Made by a program: the position numbers and the translations under genes. DNA of 63,223 nucleotides, the filler included, from Octopus bimaculoides (Eukaryota), in the NCBI RefSeq assembly GCF_001194135.2. It is 5 parts of 5 records of this genome, joined end to end, with 100 filler letters (N's around TTAATTAATTAA, not from the genome) between each part and the next. Parts side by side here need not be neighbours in the genome. Positions count along the whole stretch, not along the records: positions 61,033 to 63,223 come from NC_069007.1; 4 more parts are not named here. One strand, 5' to 3'. Each line of letters starts with the position of its first letter. Within the stretch, counting starts at the first letter, position 1. The notes beneath the pieces were generated by a model, which did not search any database, was not told the origin of the DNA, and saw nothing but the letters and a program-made list of their open reading frames with translations. Below are positions 62,976-63,223 of the stretch, one piece after another.

Positions 62976-63223
62976 TAAATAGACAGTGTGACAAGATAAA
63001 TAATAACAGTAATTAGATAAATGTTGTATTTTTCTCGTCTCGAACCAAATTAAATTTGTAAGGCCTTGTCTCTTTAGAATAAATTGTAAAACACAAACAC
63101 ACATGTATGTGTATTTGGATATATGCATATATGCACGCGTATATTCATGTATCCGTATGTGTCCATATATATGTATATATGTGTATGTGTATCTACGTAT
63201 ATGTGTGTGTGTATGTATGTGTT

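Noticed and set aside
62569-63016. Poly-D, poly-M and poly-I ORFs and other HT/YI/SL/RE-repeat ORFs
   Set aside because: Translations of di- and trinucleotide microsatellites.

Overview
AT-rich, microsatellite-dense, gap-riddled eukaryotic scaffold. Its SINE/LINE content looks, from memory, like a coleoid cephalopod (Octopus-type) genome; the organism is inferred, not shown. One host gene is supported: three GT-AG, phase-consistent exons of an ankyrin-repeat protein on + (37443-37526, 39812-39966, 42489-42645), with the 3' part not visible. The rest is mostly repeats: R4/Dong-like LINE pieces (mostly beside (AAT)n tracts), CR1-, RTE- and Tx1-like fragments, Tc1/mariner fossils, a Penelope-like GIY-YIG fragment, many tRNA-derived SINEs and an 87-bp satellite. 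The most striking unannotated signal is a set of type I hammerhead ribozyme folds from several unrelated families, mostly with palindromic (dimer-type) stem III. These are a complete one at 3725-3786, a long-stem-II family at 22560-22684 and 47120-47241, and a decayed one inside a 340-bp TSD-flanked insertion with a palindromic double tRNA head (30936-31275). Also notable is a TTAA-flanked foldback element with an inverted telomere-like core (49284-50355), next to its own empty site, plus several long inverted repeats. All alignments and folds were done by eye; nothing was computed or searched. Most long ORFs in the track are N-gap or microsatellite artefacts.
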